Assembly (NCBI GenBank): GCA_963668695.2
Contig: CAXXLQ010000004.1
Coordinates: 3,552,001 to 3,616,000 of the forward strand
Direction of reading: 5' to 3'
DNA length: 64,000 bases
From: Vicinamibacteria bacterium
GTDB lineage: Bacteria > Acidobacteriota > Vicinamibacteria > Marinacidobacterales > Marinacidobacteraceae
A program made the position numbers and the translations under genes. Below, piece after piece: positions 41,534-53,899 of the stretch (positions within the stretch are counted from its first letter, which is position 1; each line of letters opens with the position of its first letter). The notes under the pieces were generated by a model, which was given only the letters and a program-made list of their open reading frames with translations, ran no database searches and was not told the origin of the DNA.

Positions 41534-42367
41534 CTAGTTCGTCGCGTGGGCGGCGATCGCGGCGCGGATGGCCTTCACGGTCACTTCCGAGCGGTACCGG
41601 AAGAGGCGCATGCCCCAGGCGCGGGTTTGGTCCAGCGGGTCGAGATCCACCCCGTTGATCCGGAAGAGACCGGCCTGCCGGCGCTCCGAGGTCCGGATGG
41701 AGTCCGGATCCACCGCCGCCATCATCGCGGCCATCGCGAACTCGTCGTGAAGGCCCTCCGGCTCCTCCTTGATGCCGTTATCGGAGAGCCAGGTCCGGAG
41801 GCCTCTCACATCGTAGAACTCGGGAATGAAATGGACGCCGGGAGACCCGTTCCACTCGGCGTGCATTTCCTCCGCGACCGCCGTCATCCCGGCCTGGTTT
41901 CCGCCGCTGTCGCCGAGGAAGATGATGTGCTGAAAGCCGCTGGCCCTGAGACTCCGGGCAACGTCCCGCAACACGGCCCGGAAAGTCTCCTGGCTAAGCC
42001 CGACGGTGCCGGGAAAACGCATCATCTCGGTGGGAGGATCGAAGTCGCCTTCGGGCACCAGCTTGAGAATCGGGGCCACCAGCGCGTTCCCGAGATCCCG
42101 GGCGATCGCTTCGGTGGTGCCGCGCAGCAGCACGTTGTGCTTGCCGGTGACCAGATACGGGCCGTTCTGCTCGATCCCGCCGCTCGCGACGATGGCGGTG
42201 TCCTTGCCGTCCGCGATCAGGTCGCGGACTTCCATCCAGGTGAGATCCTCAATGAAGACGCCGTCCCGGATCGGAATCGGGCGCGGCTTGTCGGGCGCCG
42301 GATTCTGGGCGAATCCCAGAATCGGCAGGCCCACGGAAAGGACGAGGGTGGTGAGAAGGGTGCGCAT
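41534..42367 (-). CDS. Secreted creatininase-family amidohydrolase, copy 1
   Basis: Close paralog of 38536-39369. Confidence 0.85.
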   Translation of the reverse strand: MRTLLTTLVLSVGLPILGFAQNPAPDKPRPIPIRDGVFIEDLTWMEVRDLIADGKDTAIVASGGIEQNGPYLVTGKHNVLLRGTTEAIARDLGNALVAPILKLVPEGDFDPPTEMMRFPGTVGLSQETFRAVLRDVARSLRASGFQHIIFLGDSGGNQAGMTAVAEEMHAEWNGSPGVHFIPEFYDVRGLRTWLSDNGIKEEPEGLHDEFAMAAMMAAVDPDSIRTSERRQAGLFRINGVDLDPLDQTRAWGMRLFRYRSEVTVKAIRAAIAAHATN

Positions 42368-42405
42368 GACCTGAAATCTCCTTCGAGTATCGGAGTGTTG
42401 AGCCC

Positions 42406-43254
42406 TCAGAGGCTCCGCCCGGGAGTGATGACCTTATCGCGATAGTCCTCTCCCCGCATCTGGACGAACCGGCAGGCCTCTCGCAACAGAGAAACCCCGC
42501 GGACCGTGATCTGCTCGGCCAGACCTTTCTCGAGCCTCGCGGCCCGGACGGGGAACGCCGTGGTGCAGATCAGGAAACTGCCGGTGTGGAAACACCGGTT
42601 CAGGACGTAGAGGAGCCTCTCTTCCATCCGCGGGTTCCCCATGCCGCCGCCCAGTTGATCGAGCACCACGATCTCCGCGCGCGTCACCGGGGCGAGCCGG
42701 GCTTCCTCGGTAAGCGAAGGGTCCTTCCACGCGCCCTGCAACTCGCTCAGCAACTGCGGCAAATGCTCGAAACGCGCGCGGACGGCGATCTGCCGCTCGA
42801 AGAGGATGTGGTGGAGGGCGGATACCGCAAGGTGTGTCTTGCCGATCCCGGCCGGACCGCTGAGCAGCAGCCCCGCCTTGACGTCGGGATACGAATCGGC
42901 CCACTTGCGGACGATCTCCTTGGTGCGCTGCGGCGAACCGGAAATCTCGTCGAAAGTATCGAAGCGCATCGGTTCGGCGTAACGCGTAGGCACGCCGATG
43001 TCTTCGAGCCGCGGCGGCACCCACATCGCGTTCTTGCAGCCGCACGCCAACACCGCAAGGGACCCGTCCGTCCGGGAGGTCGGCTTCCACCCGGTGTCTC
43101 CGCATTCGGGGCAGGTCTGAACTGCTGGCAACAAAGGTCCCTCAGGGCGCGGACGGGGACCGGGAACGACCGAACCCGGCAGGCCACGCCATTCGGCTCG
43201 TATCCTACGAACTTTGCGGACGGGACGGGGAGACGCCGGGAGCGGACCCGGCAT
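42406..43254 (-). CDS. DnaC/IstB-like AAA+ ATPase with N-terminal Zn finger
   Basis: CPECGDTG..CGC; GPAGIGKTHLA; Walker B VVLDQ; M.G.DYR; start uncertain. Confidence 0.75.
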   Translation of the reverse strand: MPGPLPASPRPVRKVRRIRAEWRGLPGSVVPGPRPRPEGPLLPAVQTCPECGDTGWKPTSRTDGSLAVLACGCKNAMWVPPRLEDIGVPTRYAEPMRFDTFDEISGSPQRTKEIVRKWADSYPDVKAGLLLSGPAGIGKTHLAVSALHHILFERQIAVRARFEHLPQLLSELQGAWKDPSLTEEARLAPVTRAEIVVLDQLGGGMGNPRMEERLLYVLNRCFHTGSFLICTTAFPVRAARLEKGLAEQITVRGVSLLREACRFVQMRGEDYRDKVITPGRSL

Positions 43255-43687
43255 CCGAGTTCGAACCGGGGGAGTTCGAACCGGGGGAGTTCGAACCGGG
43301 CGGCCGGGAACCGGCCGGAACCATGTCTCTGCGCGGCAGGCGCACCAAGGCGTTCTTGGCCCGTTCACTCAGCGCGTTGTCCTCCCGCGAGAGCTCCCGA
43401 TGAATGAACTCGGTGAACTGGGTGATCTCTTCCTGCATGCGCTGCATCTTCGTCCGCATGTTGAGAATGATGTCCACCCCGGCCAGATTCACTCCGAGTT
43501 CCCGCAGGTTGAGGATGGTCTGGAGCTGTTCCAGATCGTCATCGGTATAGACGCGGGTGTTCCCGTCTGTGCGCGACGGGCGGAGCAGGCCTTCGCGCTC
43601 ATAGAGGCGAAGGGTCTGCGGATGGATCTCGAACAGTTCGGCGACCGCGCTGATCATGTAGACGCCCTTGCGTCGCTCGGCGCTCAT
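43205..43687 (-). CDS. hspR: Heat-shock repressor HspR (MerR family)
   Basis: YMISAVAELF.IHPQTLRLYEREGL..P.RT.G.TR.Y; LGVNLAG; downstream of dnaJ. Confidence 0.9.
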   Translation of the reverse strand: MSAERRKGVYMISAVAELFEIHPQTLRLYEREGLLRPSRTDGNTRVYTDDDLEQLQTILNLRELGVNLAGVDIILNMRTKMQRMQEEITQFTEFIHRELSREDNALSERAKNALVRLPRRDMVPAGSRPPGSNSPGSNSPGSNSDAGSAPGVSPSRPQSS

Positions 43688-43698
43688 GGGGATTGCTG

Positions 43699-43869
43699 GG
43701 AGTCTGTCCCGGTAATGTCGTGAGCACCGAGACAGTCGAGGCACCCGGCTGACAAGGCGCGCGAGGGAGGAATAGCAGCGTTCTTTCGACCAAAGCGCAA
43801 CGAAGAGCGAAGCGGTTCAGCCGGGATGTATCGGCTGTCGAATGCCATGAGATTACCGGGACAGACTCC
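43699..43869 (+). mobile_element. MITE with family A core but different TIRs (GGAGTCTGTCCCGGTAAT)
   Basis: 18-bp IR; ends at the CTAG containing the dnaJ stop. Confidence 0.75.
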
Positions 43870-44990
43870 TAGAGGCGAAGCTTCTCACGGAGCGCCTCGC
43901 GAGGCGACTCCGGATAGCGCTGCTCCAGTTCCCGAACGAGGTCCCGGGACCGATCGTCGCGGATCTCGGGGATGTGAATCCGAACCTCGAGGAAGAGGTC
44001 GCCGCGGCCGTCACCGCGGATAGAAGGAACCCCGCGTCCGGCGAGGCGCAATCGGGTGCCGGGTTGGACTCCCGGTGGCAGCCGCACGGTCACGCTGCCG
44101 GAGAGCGTCGGCACCTCGATGCGTCCTCCGAGCGAGGCCTCCGCGAGGGTCAGCGGCAACGGGCAGATGAGATTGTCGCCGCGGCGTTCGAGAACCGGAT
44201 GGGCGGCTACCTCAACGTACAGCCGAAGATCTCCCGGTGGTTCGCCGGGCAGCCGCTCGTGCCCCTGTCCTTCCACAACCACGGTCGCTCCATCCGCCAC
44301 GCTGGCCGGAACCCGAGCGACGACCCGGACCGCACGGATCCGGCTCCCGCGTCCGGTGCAGGGTGCGCAGGCGGTATGAAACAACAGCCCCTGCCCGCCG
44401 CAGCGGCGGCACGGACGGGCGAACACCATGTGGCCGTAGCGTCGGAGCCGCCGGCCGGCACCGCGACAGGCGCTGCATTCGATCCCCTGAGGGGTGGCTT
44501 CCCCGACCGGACGCTCACCCCGGCCTCCGCACGCGCCGCACGTCTCGCGCCGACTGATCAGGAGCCGGATCTGCTTCCCCTCCAGCGATTCGACGAAGGA
44601 AATCCGGACCCGGGCATGGATGTCGGGATCGGCTTCGGCGGATCCGGACTCGGCCCGCTCGGAGCTGCCGAGAATCTCGTGGAGCGCCCACTCTTCCTTC
44701 GCGTGCTCCTCGCCGAAGTCGAACCCGGCGAAACCGTAGTGAACGCGCTGGACCCGTGCGGGGGTCGGCTCCGTGCCGCCGCGGCAGTCGTATTCGGCGC
44801 GGCGCTCGGTATCCCCCAGCACCTTGAAGGCCCGCTGGATCTGCCGGAAACGCTCCTCGACAACGCGGTCGTTGGGGTTCAGATCGGGGTGCAGGCGCCG
44901 GGCGAGCCGCCGGTACGCCTGGCGGATACGCACCAGATCGGCGTCGCGCCCAACCCCCAGTACCGCGTAGTAGTCGGCAGGCGGGGGCAT
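43869..44990 (-). CDS. dnaJ: DnaJ chaperone
   Basis: J-domain HPD; four CxxCxGxG repeats; C-terminal domain. Confidence 0.93.
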   Translation of the reverse strand: MPPPADYYAVLGVGRDADLVRIRQAYRRLARRLHPDLNPNDRVVEERFRQIQRAFKVLGDTERRAEYDCRGGTEPTPARVQRVHYGFAGFDFGEEHAKEEWALHEILGSSERAESGSAEADPDIHARVRISFVESLEGKQIRLLISRRETCGACGGRGERPVGEATPQGIECSACRGAGRRLRRYGHMVFARPCRRCGGQGLLFHTACAPCTGRGSRIRAVRVVARVPASVADGATVVVEGQGHERLPGEPPGDLRLYVEVAAHPVLERRGDNLICPLPLTLAEASLGGRIEVPTLSGSVTVRLPPGVQPGTRLRLAGRGVPSIRGDGRGDLFLEVRIHIPEIRDDRSRDLVRELEQRYPESPREALREKLRL

Positions 44991-45004
44991 GGGCGCCGAG
45001 TTCT

Positions 45005-45425
45005 CAGCAGCCTGTGGACAGGGTGACGTGAGCGCCGAGGCCGGTGAGGCGCCCGGCTGACAAGGCGCGCGAGGGAGGAATACCCAGCGTATTTCGACCG
45101 AAGCGCAACGATGAGCGGCGCGAAGCGGCGCGGTGAACAACCTGTGGTGGAACCCGCGTGAGCGCCGAGGCCGGCGAGGCCCAGTTCTCCCGGTGGGGCC
45201 AGTTCTCCCGGTGGGGGCCCGGCTGACAAGGCGCGTGAGGGAGGAATACCGGGTGTATTTCGACCGAAACGCAACGATGAGCGGCGCGCAGCGACGCGGT
45301 CAGCCGGGATGGATCGCCGGCTGAACGCCGCGCGGGTTTCATCACCGGGTGTTCGGCCGGGATGGATCGCCGGTCGAGCCCCCACCGGGAGAACTGGGCC
45401 GCGTTACCTTGTCCACCGGCTGCTA
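45005..45425 (+). mobile_element. Tandem family A MITEs between dnaK and dnaJ
   Basis: Two cores plus a 3' partial unit; three micro-modules. Confidence 0.8.
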
Positions 45426-45434
45426 GGTTGGCGA

Positions 45435-47365
<1,931 letters not shown>

Positions 47366-47425
47366 TCAGAACTCCTGAAAAGAAGGGGACCTGGGACCGG
47401 AACGCCAAGTCCTTAGTTAGCCCGG

Positions 47426-47455
47426 ACTATAAGATGTGAGTGATTTCTTGTCAAG
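47426..47455 (-). promoter_or_regulatory. Sigma70 promoter of dnaK overlapped by a HAIR-like HspR operator
   Basis: TTGACA-17 nt-TATAGT; CTTGACA-N7-ACTCACA versus consensus CTTGAGT-N7-ACTCAAG. Confidence 0.75.
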
Positions 47456-47602
47456 GCAAAACGCACCCTGGCAGGACTTCAATCCAGCCCCTCGGCCCGC
47501 ATCCCCCGCCAGCAGGCGGGCCGCCACGTCTATCCACCCGGATGGCGCGCGCAACCGCCCCTCCATCCGGCAGTTCCGCCGCCCTCCGGGCGACGGCAAG
47601 CT

Positions 47603-48493
47603 CTACTGCAGCAGTTCGCGGATGGCCGGTTCGAGTGTCTCCCGCGGCTGGAAGTTCACGAAATGACGCGCGATGGTTCCATCGCGGCCCACGAGGAACA
47701 GGGTCGGAAAGATGTTCACGTTTCCGAGGGCGGCGCGGTTCTCCGCCGTCAGATGGAGGTTCTCGAACGTGACGCCACCCTTCTCCTGGTGCGCCGCCCG
47801 ATCGTCATCGCTGTAGGGCAGCTTGAGCACCCGGTCGGAATTCAGCCCGACGATGGTGAGTCCCTCGTCCGCAAGATCCTGATGAAGCGCCTGGAGCACC
47901 GGGGCGATCTGGACACAGGGAGGACAGTTGGTGAACCACACGTACACGAGCGTCGCGTCGTTCATCAGGTCGCCAATCGCAGCCTCCCCGCCGCCGAACC
48001 TTTCCCCGGCAACCTCCGGAAGGGTGCGGCCTTCCCAGCCCGTGAGGCTCCGGCTCACTGCACGCGCGAACCTTTCGTCGGCCCGGATCAGGTCCTCGTC
48101 GATGGACGCGAGGTTGCCGTCCGCGCCGCGGACCAGGAACTTCGGAACCCGTGGGTCGGACTCCATGATCCGGAGCACGATGTCGGCCGCCTCCTCGCCG
48201 TAGAGTGAGAACTGGCCGGAGATCTCGGTCAGGGTCGGCAGCCGCCCTTCGCGCCCTTCGAACTCCAGAATAAAGAGCGGGGTCCGGAAGAAGATGTCGT
48301 TCAGCCGGCCGAGCGCCCGCTGTTCGTCGGGCGCCTGGAAGCGCTCGACGAGCGCCGAAAGGAGGAGACGCTCCCCAGGCTGCATCGTGTCGCGCACGTG
48401 TTCGAGGATGCGGCGCTCCGCATCGCTGCCCTGCGCGATGGCGACAGCCGGAACTGCGAGGGCGAGGGTCAGGAAAAGGGCGAGATTCGGCAT
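47603..48493 (-). CDS. Exported TlpA-like thioredoxin-fold protein
   Basis: Signal peptide; WFTNCPPC; FPTLFLV..DG. Confidence 0.8.
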   Translation of the reverse strand: MPNLALFLTLALAVPAVAIAQGSDAERRILEHVRDTMQPGERLLLSALVERFQAPDEQRALGRLNDIFFRTPLFILEFEGREGRLPTLTEISGQFSLYGEEAADIVLRIMESDPRVPKFLVRGADGNLASIDEDLIRADERFARAVSRSLTGWEGRTLPEVAGERFGGGEAAIGDLMNDATLVYVWFTNCPPCVQIAPVLQALHQDLADEGLTIVGLNSDRVLKLPYSDDDRAAHQEKGGVTFENLHLTAENRAALGNVNIFPTLFLVGRDGTIARHFVNFQPRETLEPAIRELLQ

Positions 48494-48535
48494 CGGCGCA
48501 TTCTAGTTTTGCCGGCCGGACGTTGTTGTCGGGGT

Positions 48536-48774
48536 TAGCAGCCTGTGGTGAAACCCAGGCGGCGTTCGAGCGGCGATCCATCCCGCCTGAACCGCCCCCC
48601 CACCGGGAGAACTGGCGCTTTGCGGCGCTCGGCGTTGCGTTTCGGTCGAAATACACTCGGGCCAGTTCTCCCGGTGGGGGCTCCTCCCTCACGCGCCTTG
48701 TCAGCCGGACCCCCACCGGGAGAACTGGGCCTCGCCGCTCTCGGCGCTCACCCGAGTTCCACCACAGGTTGCTA
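48536..48774 (-). mobile_element. Family A MITE carrying three micro-modules
   Basis: TAGCAGCCTGTGGTG...CACCACAGGTTGCTA termini. Confidence 0.85.
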
Positions 48775-48848
48775 GACTCGAAAGGGTGTTCGGAGCATCG
48801 AGACATCCCGCCGCGAAGACCCGACCGCACGCCCACGGATGGGCCGCC

Positions 48849-50294
48849 ATGTTGTTGGCCGGTTTGTGGTCCGCCGCCGGTTGCGCCTCCCGGCCCGTGC
48901 CCGAGATCCCCGTGGTTCCCCTGGATGGCTGGGCGTACGTGGAGGGCCGGGCGCCCGTTCCCGGACCCGGGCTCTCCGAAGCGGCGGCGCGCGAACTGGG
49001 GGAGAGTTGGGCCCTCATCGTGGCGGGAAGGCTTGGCGAGGCCGATCTGCAACTCACGCCGCTCCGGGCCATGGCTCCACAGGACCCAGGCGTTCTTTCG
49101 GCCACCGGATTTCTTGCCCTCCGAAGCGGGAACACCTCGGGAGCGGGCGAACTCTTTCAGCAGGCGCTCGCGGCCTCGCCCGAGGACGGCCTCGCCGTAC
49201 TCGGGCGCGTCCTCCTGGTTCTCGACACAGAGGATCCGGAACTGCTCTTCATCCGACTGCAGCGGCTGTCGGAACTGGACCCCGACGCCTCCGTGGTCTC
49301 GGAGCGACTGCCGGGACTGGCCCTGGAAGTAGCGGAAAATCGTCTCGCACGCGCCCGCGAACTTGCGCGTTCTGACGCGCAGAGTCCGCCGGTCGTCGAG
49401 GCCTACCGGGCCGCGCTGGAGGCGATGCCGGACTCCGCCGACCTGTTCCTGGAAGCCGCGGAGGCCGCCGCCGCTGCCGGAGACGGTCGAAGCGCGCGCG
49501 AGTGGTTCGAGGCCGTCACCGCAAATCCCTCAGCGAGCAAGCGTCAGGCACTGGTCGCGGGGCTAACCGCCGCCGAGCTGCTGGCTGACGAGCGGCGGTT
49601 CACCGAGAGCCTGACCCGTCTCGACCAGATCCTCAAGGATCCCGCCGCGCGCGGTTTCACCGATCTGCTGGACCGCGCCGCAGATCTGGAGCGTCGCCTC
49701 GAGGTGGCGAGGCTTTCGGAGCGCTACGCGAGGATTCGCGAAGCGGAACGGGTCACCCGCGAACAGCTCGCCGCGCTGCTGGCGGCCGAGATCGGTGAAC
49801 CCGAAGGCGACGACTCCCGCTCCGCGGACCCGGTCATCGCGATCGATCTCGAGCGGAGCTGGGCCACCAGCCTGATCCAGACGGCGGTCGGCGCCGGCTA
49901 CCTCCGCCTCTACCCCGACCACACGTTCAAGCCCCGTGGCCTCGTGACGCGCGCCGAACTCGCGGAGTCGCTGGCGGCCGCGTTCGGAAGGTTCGACCCG
50001 GAGGCCCGACGCCTGGCGCTGGATGATTCTTCCCGGCTGGAACTGAACGACGTGTCCGCCGGCCACCGCTATCGTGAGGCCGCAGCCATCGCTGCAAAGC
50101 TCGGGCTGCTGAGGGTTTCGGACGAGGGGATGTTCCGGCCGAGCGCTTTCGCCACCGGAGCGGAAGCCGTGAGCGCCGTCCACACGCTCCGGGATCTGCT
50201 CGGAACTGAGGTCGGCGTCAACTCCGGCCGGCGACGTATTCCCGGCCAGCCCGCATCAGCCGAACGAAGGCCTCTTCGTCGTCGTCGTGGATGA
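48849..50294 (+). CDS. TPR- and SLH-domain lipoprotein
   Basis: Lipobox AAGC; helical repeats; YPD.TFKP...VTRAE and F.P....T.AE SLH-like motifs. Confidence 0.75.
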   Translation: MLLAGLWSAAGCASRPVPEIPVVPLDGWAYVEGRAPVPGPGLSEAAARELGESWALIVAGRLGEADLQLTPLRAMAPQDPGVLSATGFLALRSGNTSGAGELFQQALAASPEDGLAVLGRVLLVLDTEDPELLFIRLQRLSELDPDASVVSERLPGLALEVAENRLARARELARSDAQSPPVVEAYRAALEAMPDSADLFLEAAEAAAAAGDGRSAREWFEAVTANPSASKRQALVAGLTAAELLADERRFTESLTRLDQILKDPAARGFTDLLDRAADLERRLEVARLSERYARIREAERVTREQLAALLAAEIGEPEGDDSRSADPVIAIDLERSWATSLIQTAVGAGYLRLYPDHTFKPRGLVTRAELAESLAAAFGRFDPEARRLALDDSSRLELNDVSAGHRYREAAAIAAKLGLLRVSDEGMFRPSAFATGAEAVSAVHTLRDLLGTEVGVNSGRRRIPGQPASAERRPLRRRRG

Positions 50295-51306
50295 CCGCGG
50301 CGAGACGCGAAACGGCGCCCGCGAGATTATGGATCGCTGCCGGTCCGTGCGGGTTCCGCTGCTGGATCTCGTAGTAAAGGTGGGGATTTTCCCGGGCTAC
50401 CGCCGCCGCCACCTTTAGCTGGCGATCGAACGTCACACTCGACAAGCGGGCGAGACGGGGCGCCTGCTCCCCGCTGTCCTGAAGCGCGGTCAGAAAAGCC
50501 AGATTCAGCACGTGGGAGAGCCCGAGGACGTAGGCGATCAGCGGGTCGTGGTCGGCCAGCGGCATTCGCAGAATCTCGGCCATCGTGCCGGCGAACACGC
50601 CGGCCGCTTCTTCGGCGGCTTCGGCGTGGCCGACGTCCATGACCAGGACGTGACAGCCGTGCAGTACGTGGGCGTCGGGCCCGAACATGGGGTGCACCGA
50701 AGCGATCCGGCAGCCGTTTTCCGCCGCCGCCGAGAGCGCCCGCGCCATGGGCGACTTGACGGACGCGATGTCGAAGATGAGGCCCTTCCTCTTTTTCGCG
50801 CCGATTCCCTCAAGCACCTCGACGCTGCTCTGGAGCGGCGCCGCAACCACGGTCAGGGCGAAGTCATCCGGAGTGTCCCGCCAATCGGCAGCGGTGGGAA
50901 CGCCGGGCGGTCCTCCCACCGGATCGGCCACCCGCACGTCGTATCCCTGGGCAGCGAGCAAGCGGCAGAACCACCGGCCCATGCGGCCGCCGCCGCCGAT
51001 GACGAGCGCCGGACGGCCGGCCCCCCGTCCCTGCGCCCGGACGCGGATGTCTTCCTGCCGGGCGAGCGAGGAACGCATGAGAAGCGCGACCAGCTCCGCC
51101 GCCAGGTCTCCCGGAATACCCCTTTCGGCCGCGTGAGATCGCGCGCGCTCCAGGACCCGCTCTTCCTGCGCGGCGTCGTGGATCGGCCGGCCGGCGGCCT
51201 CCTTGAACCGGCCAATCGCCATGGTGAGGGCGTCCCGCCGCGCCCAGGCGTCCAGGATTTCCTGATCCACCGCTTCGAGTGCGGCCCTCAGAGCCTCAAG
51301 ATCCAT
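50218..51306 (-). CDS. tyrA: Chorismate mutase / prephenate dehydrogenase
   Basis: LEALR..L..VD..I..RR; GGGGRMG; DIASVK; HPMFGP; LSH. Confidence 0.9.
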   Translation of the reverse strand: MDLEALRAALEAVDQEILDAWARRDALTMAIGRFKEAAGRPIHDAAQEERVLERARSHAAERGIPGDLAAELVALLMRSSLARQEDIRVRAQGRGAGRPALVIGGGGRMGRWFCRLLAAQGYDVRVADPVGGPPGVPTAADWRDTPDDFALTVVAAPLQSSVEVLEGIGAKKRKGLIFDIASVKSPMARALSAAAENGCRIASVHPMFGPDAHVLHGCHVLVMDVGHAEAAEEAAGVFAGTMAEILRMPLADHDPLIAYVLGLSHVLNLAFLTALQDSGEQAPRLARLSSVTFDRQLKVAAAVARENPHLYYEIQQRNPHGPAAIHNLAGAVSRLAAVIHDDDEEAFVRLMRAGREYVAGRS

Positions 51307-51494
51307 GGGTTGAATGTTAGGGCTCCTGGACCGGCGGACTACGGCAGAAGGAGCGGCAACACCCAGCGAAGAGGAGTTGCCGCTCCGGCTGCTCCGGCAG
51401 TGCCCGTCGCCGGTGCGCTGCCGCGGCAGGGGGAGCGGGGCTGGGACTCGGAGCGAGTGCAGCGCCGTCCCCGCGCTTGCTCGCGGTTGGCGAT

Positions 51495-51870
51495 GGGAGT
51501 TTCGCTGCCATCCGGGCAGCGATGCCGGTCTGAAGACCGGCGCTCCATGCGCTCCTGGGTTGTTTGCGTTGGCCCGGGAGGGTGTTTCGCCGTCCCCGCC
51601 CAGGTCCACGCAATGAGCGTGGACGAGAGCGTGAGCTTCGCGGCCTCGGCCGCGATGCCGGTCTGAAGACCGGCGCTCCTGGAGTTTCGCTGCCCTACGG
51701 CCGCGATGCCGGTCTGAAGACCGGCGTTCCATGCGCTCCTGGGTTGTTTGCGTTGGCCCGGGAGGGTGTTTCGCCGTCCCCGCCCAGGTCCACGCAATAA
51801 GCGTGGACGAGAGCGTGAGCTACGCGGCCTACGGCCGCGATGCCGGTCTGAAGACCGGCGCTCCTGGAGT
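51495..51870. repeat. Cluster of four REP-like palindromes within a ~184-bp direct duplication (family D)
   Basis: GATGCCGGTCTGAAGACCGGCG at 51521, 51654, 51705 and 51839. Confidence 0.85.
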
Positions 51871-51912
51871 TGGCGGCCCGACTAAGATGCCCCCGCCCTC
51901 CGTGGTGGCCCC

Positions 51913-53409
51913 TTGTACCTCCCTTCCCGTTCCGACTTCCGCGCGCTCGCGAAACGCGCGAACCTGATTCCGGTCCGGCGGGAAATCCTCGCCGACTGCG
52001 ACACCCCGGTGTCCACCTTCCTCCGGATAGGGAACCGCGGCCCGGCGTTCCTGATGGAATCGGTCGAAGGCGGCGAGAGCGTCGCCCGATATTCGTTTCT
52101 GGGATCGAGGCCACGAGTCATTGTCGAGAGCCGGGGAAACCAGGTCAAGCGCCGCTATCTGCGCGACGGCCGGACCGAAACCACCGAGAGCGCGGATCCC
52201 CTGTCGGCGCTCCGGGACATGCTTCAGGACGTGGTCCCCGCGAACATCGAGGGTCTGCCCCCCTTCCACGGCGGTTTCGTCGGCTATCTGGCCTACGACG
52301 CGGTACGGCGCTTCGAGCGTCTCCCGGAAAGCGTCGAGGACTCGCTGGGTCTTCCCGATGCGATGTTCCTGTTGGCCGACAACGTGTTGGTCTTCGATCG
52401 CGCCCGCAACGTGATCCAGGTGGTGGTGAACGCCAGCGTTCCCGACGAGAGCCTTGCCGACCAAGCCTACGACGCCGCCGAGGCACAGATCGAGGCAACC
52501 GTCAGGGAAATCCGCGCGCCGCTCCCCTATCGACTGGGCCTGCCGGGGGGCGGTGCGGGAGGCCGGCCGTTCCCCGAGCCGGTGTCCAATACCAGCCGGG
52601 AGCGGTATCTCGAGATGGTGCGCCAGGCCAAGGACTACGTGGCCGCCGGGGACATCATCCAGGTCGTCCCTTCCCAACGCTTCGAGACGCCGCTCACCGT
52701 CCACCCCTTCGACTTCTACCGGGCGCTCCGGGTGGTGAACCCGTCGCCCTACATGTACTACCTCGACTTTGACGGGCTGGTGATCGCCGGAGCATCCCCG
52801 GAAATGATGACCCGTACCGAGGGCGGCTCGATCGAGACCCGCCCGATCGCCGGCACCCGGCCTCGCGGGCGCACTCCCGAAGAAGATACCGCCCTTGCCG
52901 CTGAACTCCTCGCCGACGAGAAGGAACGCGCGGAGCACGTGATGCTCGTGGATCTGGCCCGAAACGATATCGGCCGGGTCGCCAGCTACGGCCGGGTCCA
53001 GGTCGAGGACTTCATGAGCATCGAGCGGTACTCGCATGTGATGCACATCGTGTCCCGGGTGCGGGGAGAACTCCGCCCCGACACGGACGCGTTCGATGCC
53101 CTCCGCGCGACCTTCCCCGCCGGAACGCTGTCCGGCGCCCCCAAGATCCGCGCCATGGAGATCATCGATGAACTGGAAACCGAGCGCCGGGGGGTCTACG
53201 GCGGCGCGGTCGGCTACTTCTCCTACAGCGGCGCCTCCGACACTGCCATCGCGATCCGGACGCTCGTGGCCAAGGACGGCGTCGGCTATTTCCAGGCTGG
53301 GGGCGGCGTAGTAGCGGAGTCCGATCCGGCCTCCGAATACGACGAAAGCTGCCGGAAAGCGGATGCGGTGCTCGCCGCCCTCCGCATGGCCCACCAGGGC
53401 CTCGACTGA
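51913..53409 (+). CDS. trpE: Anthranilate synthase component I
   Basis: LMES, NPSPYM, PIAGT, KERAEH.MLVDLARND, GTLSGAPK. Confidence 0.92.
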   Translation: MYLPSRSDFRALAKRANLIPVRREILADCDTPVSTFLRIGNRGPAFLMESVEGGESVARYSFLGSRPRVIVESRGNQVKRRYLRDGRTETTESADPLSALRDMLQDVVPANIEGLPPFHGGFVGYLAYDAVRRFERLPESVEDSLGLPDAMFLLADNVLVFDRARNVIQVVVNASVPDESLADQAYDAAEAQIEATVREIRAPLPYRLGLPGGGAGGRPFPEPVSNTSRERYLEMVRQAKDYVAAGDIIQVVPSQRFETPLTVHPFDFYRALRVVNPSPYMYYLDFDGLVIAGASPEMMTRTEGGSIETRPIAGTRPRGRTPEEDTALAAELLADEKERAEHVMLVDLARNDIGRVASYGRVQVEDFMSIERYSHVMHIVSRVRGELRPDTDAFDALRATFPAGTLSGAPKIRAMEIIDELETERRGVYGGAVGYFSYSGASDTAIAIRTLVAKDGVGYFQAGGGVVAESDPASEYDESCRKADAVLAALRMAHQGLD

Positions 53410-53413
53410 CGAC

Positions 53414-53810
53414 ACCCGAGGGCAAAGCACCCCGCACTTCACCCAGGATGACACGCACGCCGAATCTGCCGTTTGTTTCGCGTGCGGGGCGCTTTCCCCC
53501 CGGGCAAGCAGCCTGTAGACAGAGTCTCGTGGCGTTCGAGCGGCGATGCATCCCGGCTGAACGGCCCCGCTTCGCGCGGCTCATCGTTGCGCTTCGGTCG
53601 AAATACACCAGGTATTCCTCCGTCGCGCGCCTTGTCAGCCGGGCGCCTCGCCCCCACCGGGAGGACTGGCCGCTCTCGGCGCTCACGCCACTCTGTCCAC
53701 AGGCTACTGGTGGTGCGAATCGCTGCGCGATTCGCACCACCGTTTCCGGCGGGGAGGGGAAACCCCTCCCCGCACCCCTCCCCCGCGGCGCTTCGCGCCG
53801 CGAACGGGAG
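53414..53810. repeat. Family C repeat with a nested family A MITE (53507-53708)
   Basis: Family C halves flank AGCAGCCTGT...ACAGGCTACT. Confidence 0.75.
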
Positions 53811-53855
53811 CAGGCAGACGCCCGCCACAACCGGTAGGCGGCCGGAGGATCCGCA

Positions 53856-53894
53856 GTGACCCTCGTCCTCGACAACTACGACTCCTTCACCTTC
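53856..53894 (+). pseudogene. 13-codon duplicate of the trpG 5' end
   Basis: (V/M)TLVLDNYDSFTF after GGAGG. Confidence 0.8.
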
Positions 53895-53899
53895 GGTCA

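Noticed and set aside
42406-43254. IS21 IstB or prophage replication module
   Set aside because: No istA, TIRs or phage genes nearby; it is embedded in the chaperone operon.
43256-43300. 3 x 15-bp repeat in the hspR 3' end
   Set aside because: In-frame low-complexity tail (GSNSP); no evidence of function.
50218-50294. 77-nt convergent overlap of the SLH gene and tyrA as an antisense system
   Set aside because: The tail is low-complexity and best explained by stop-codon drift.
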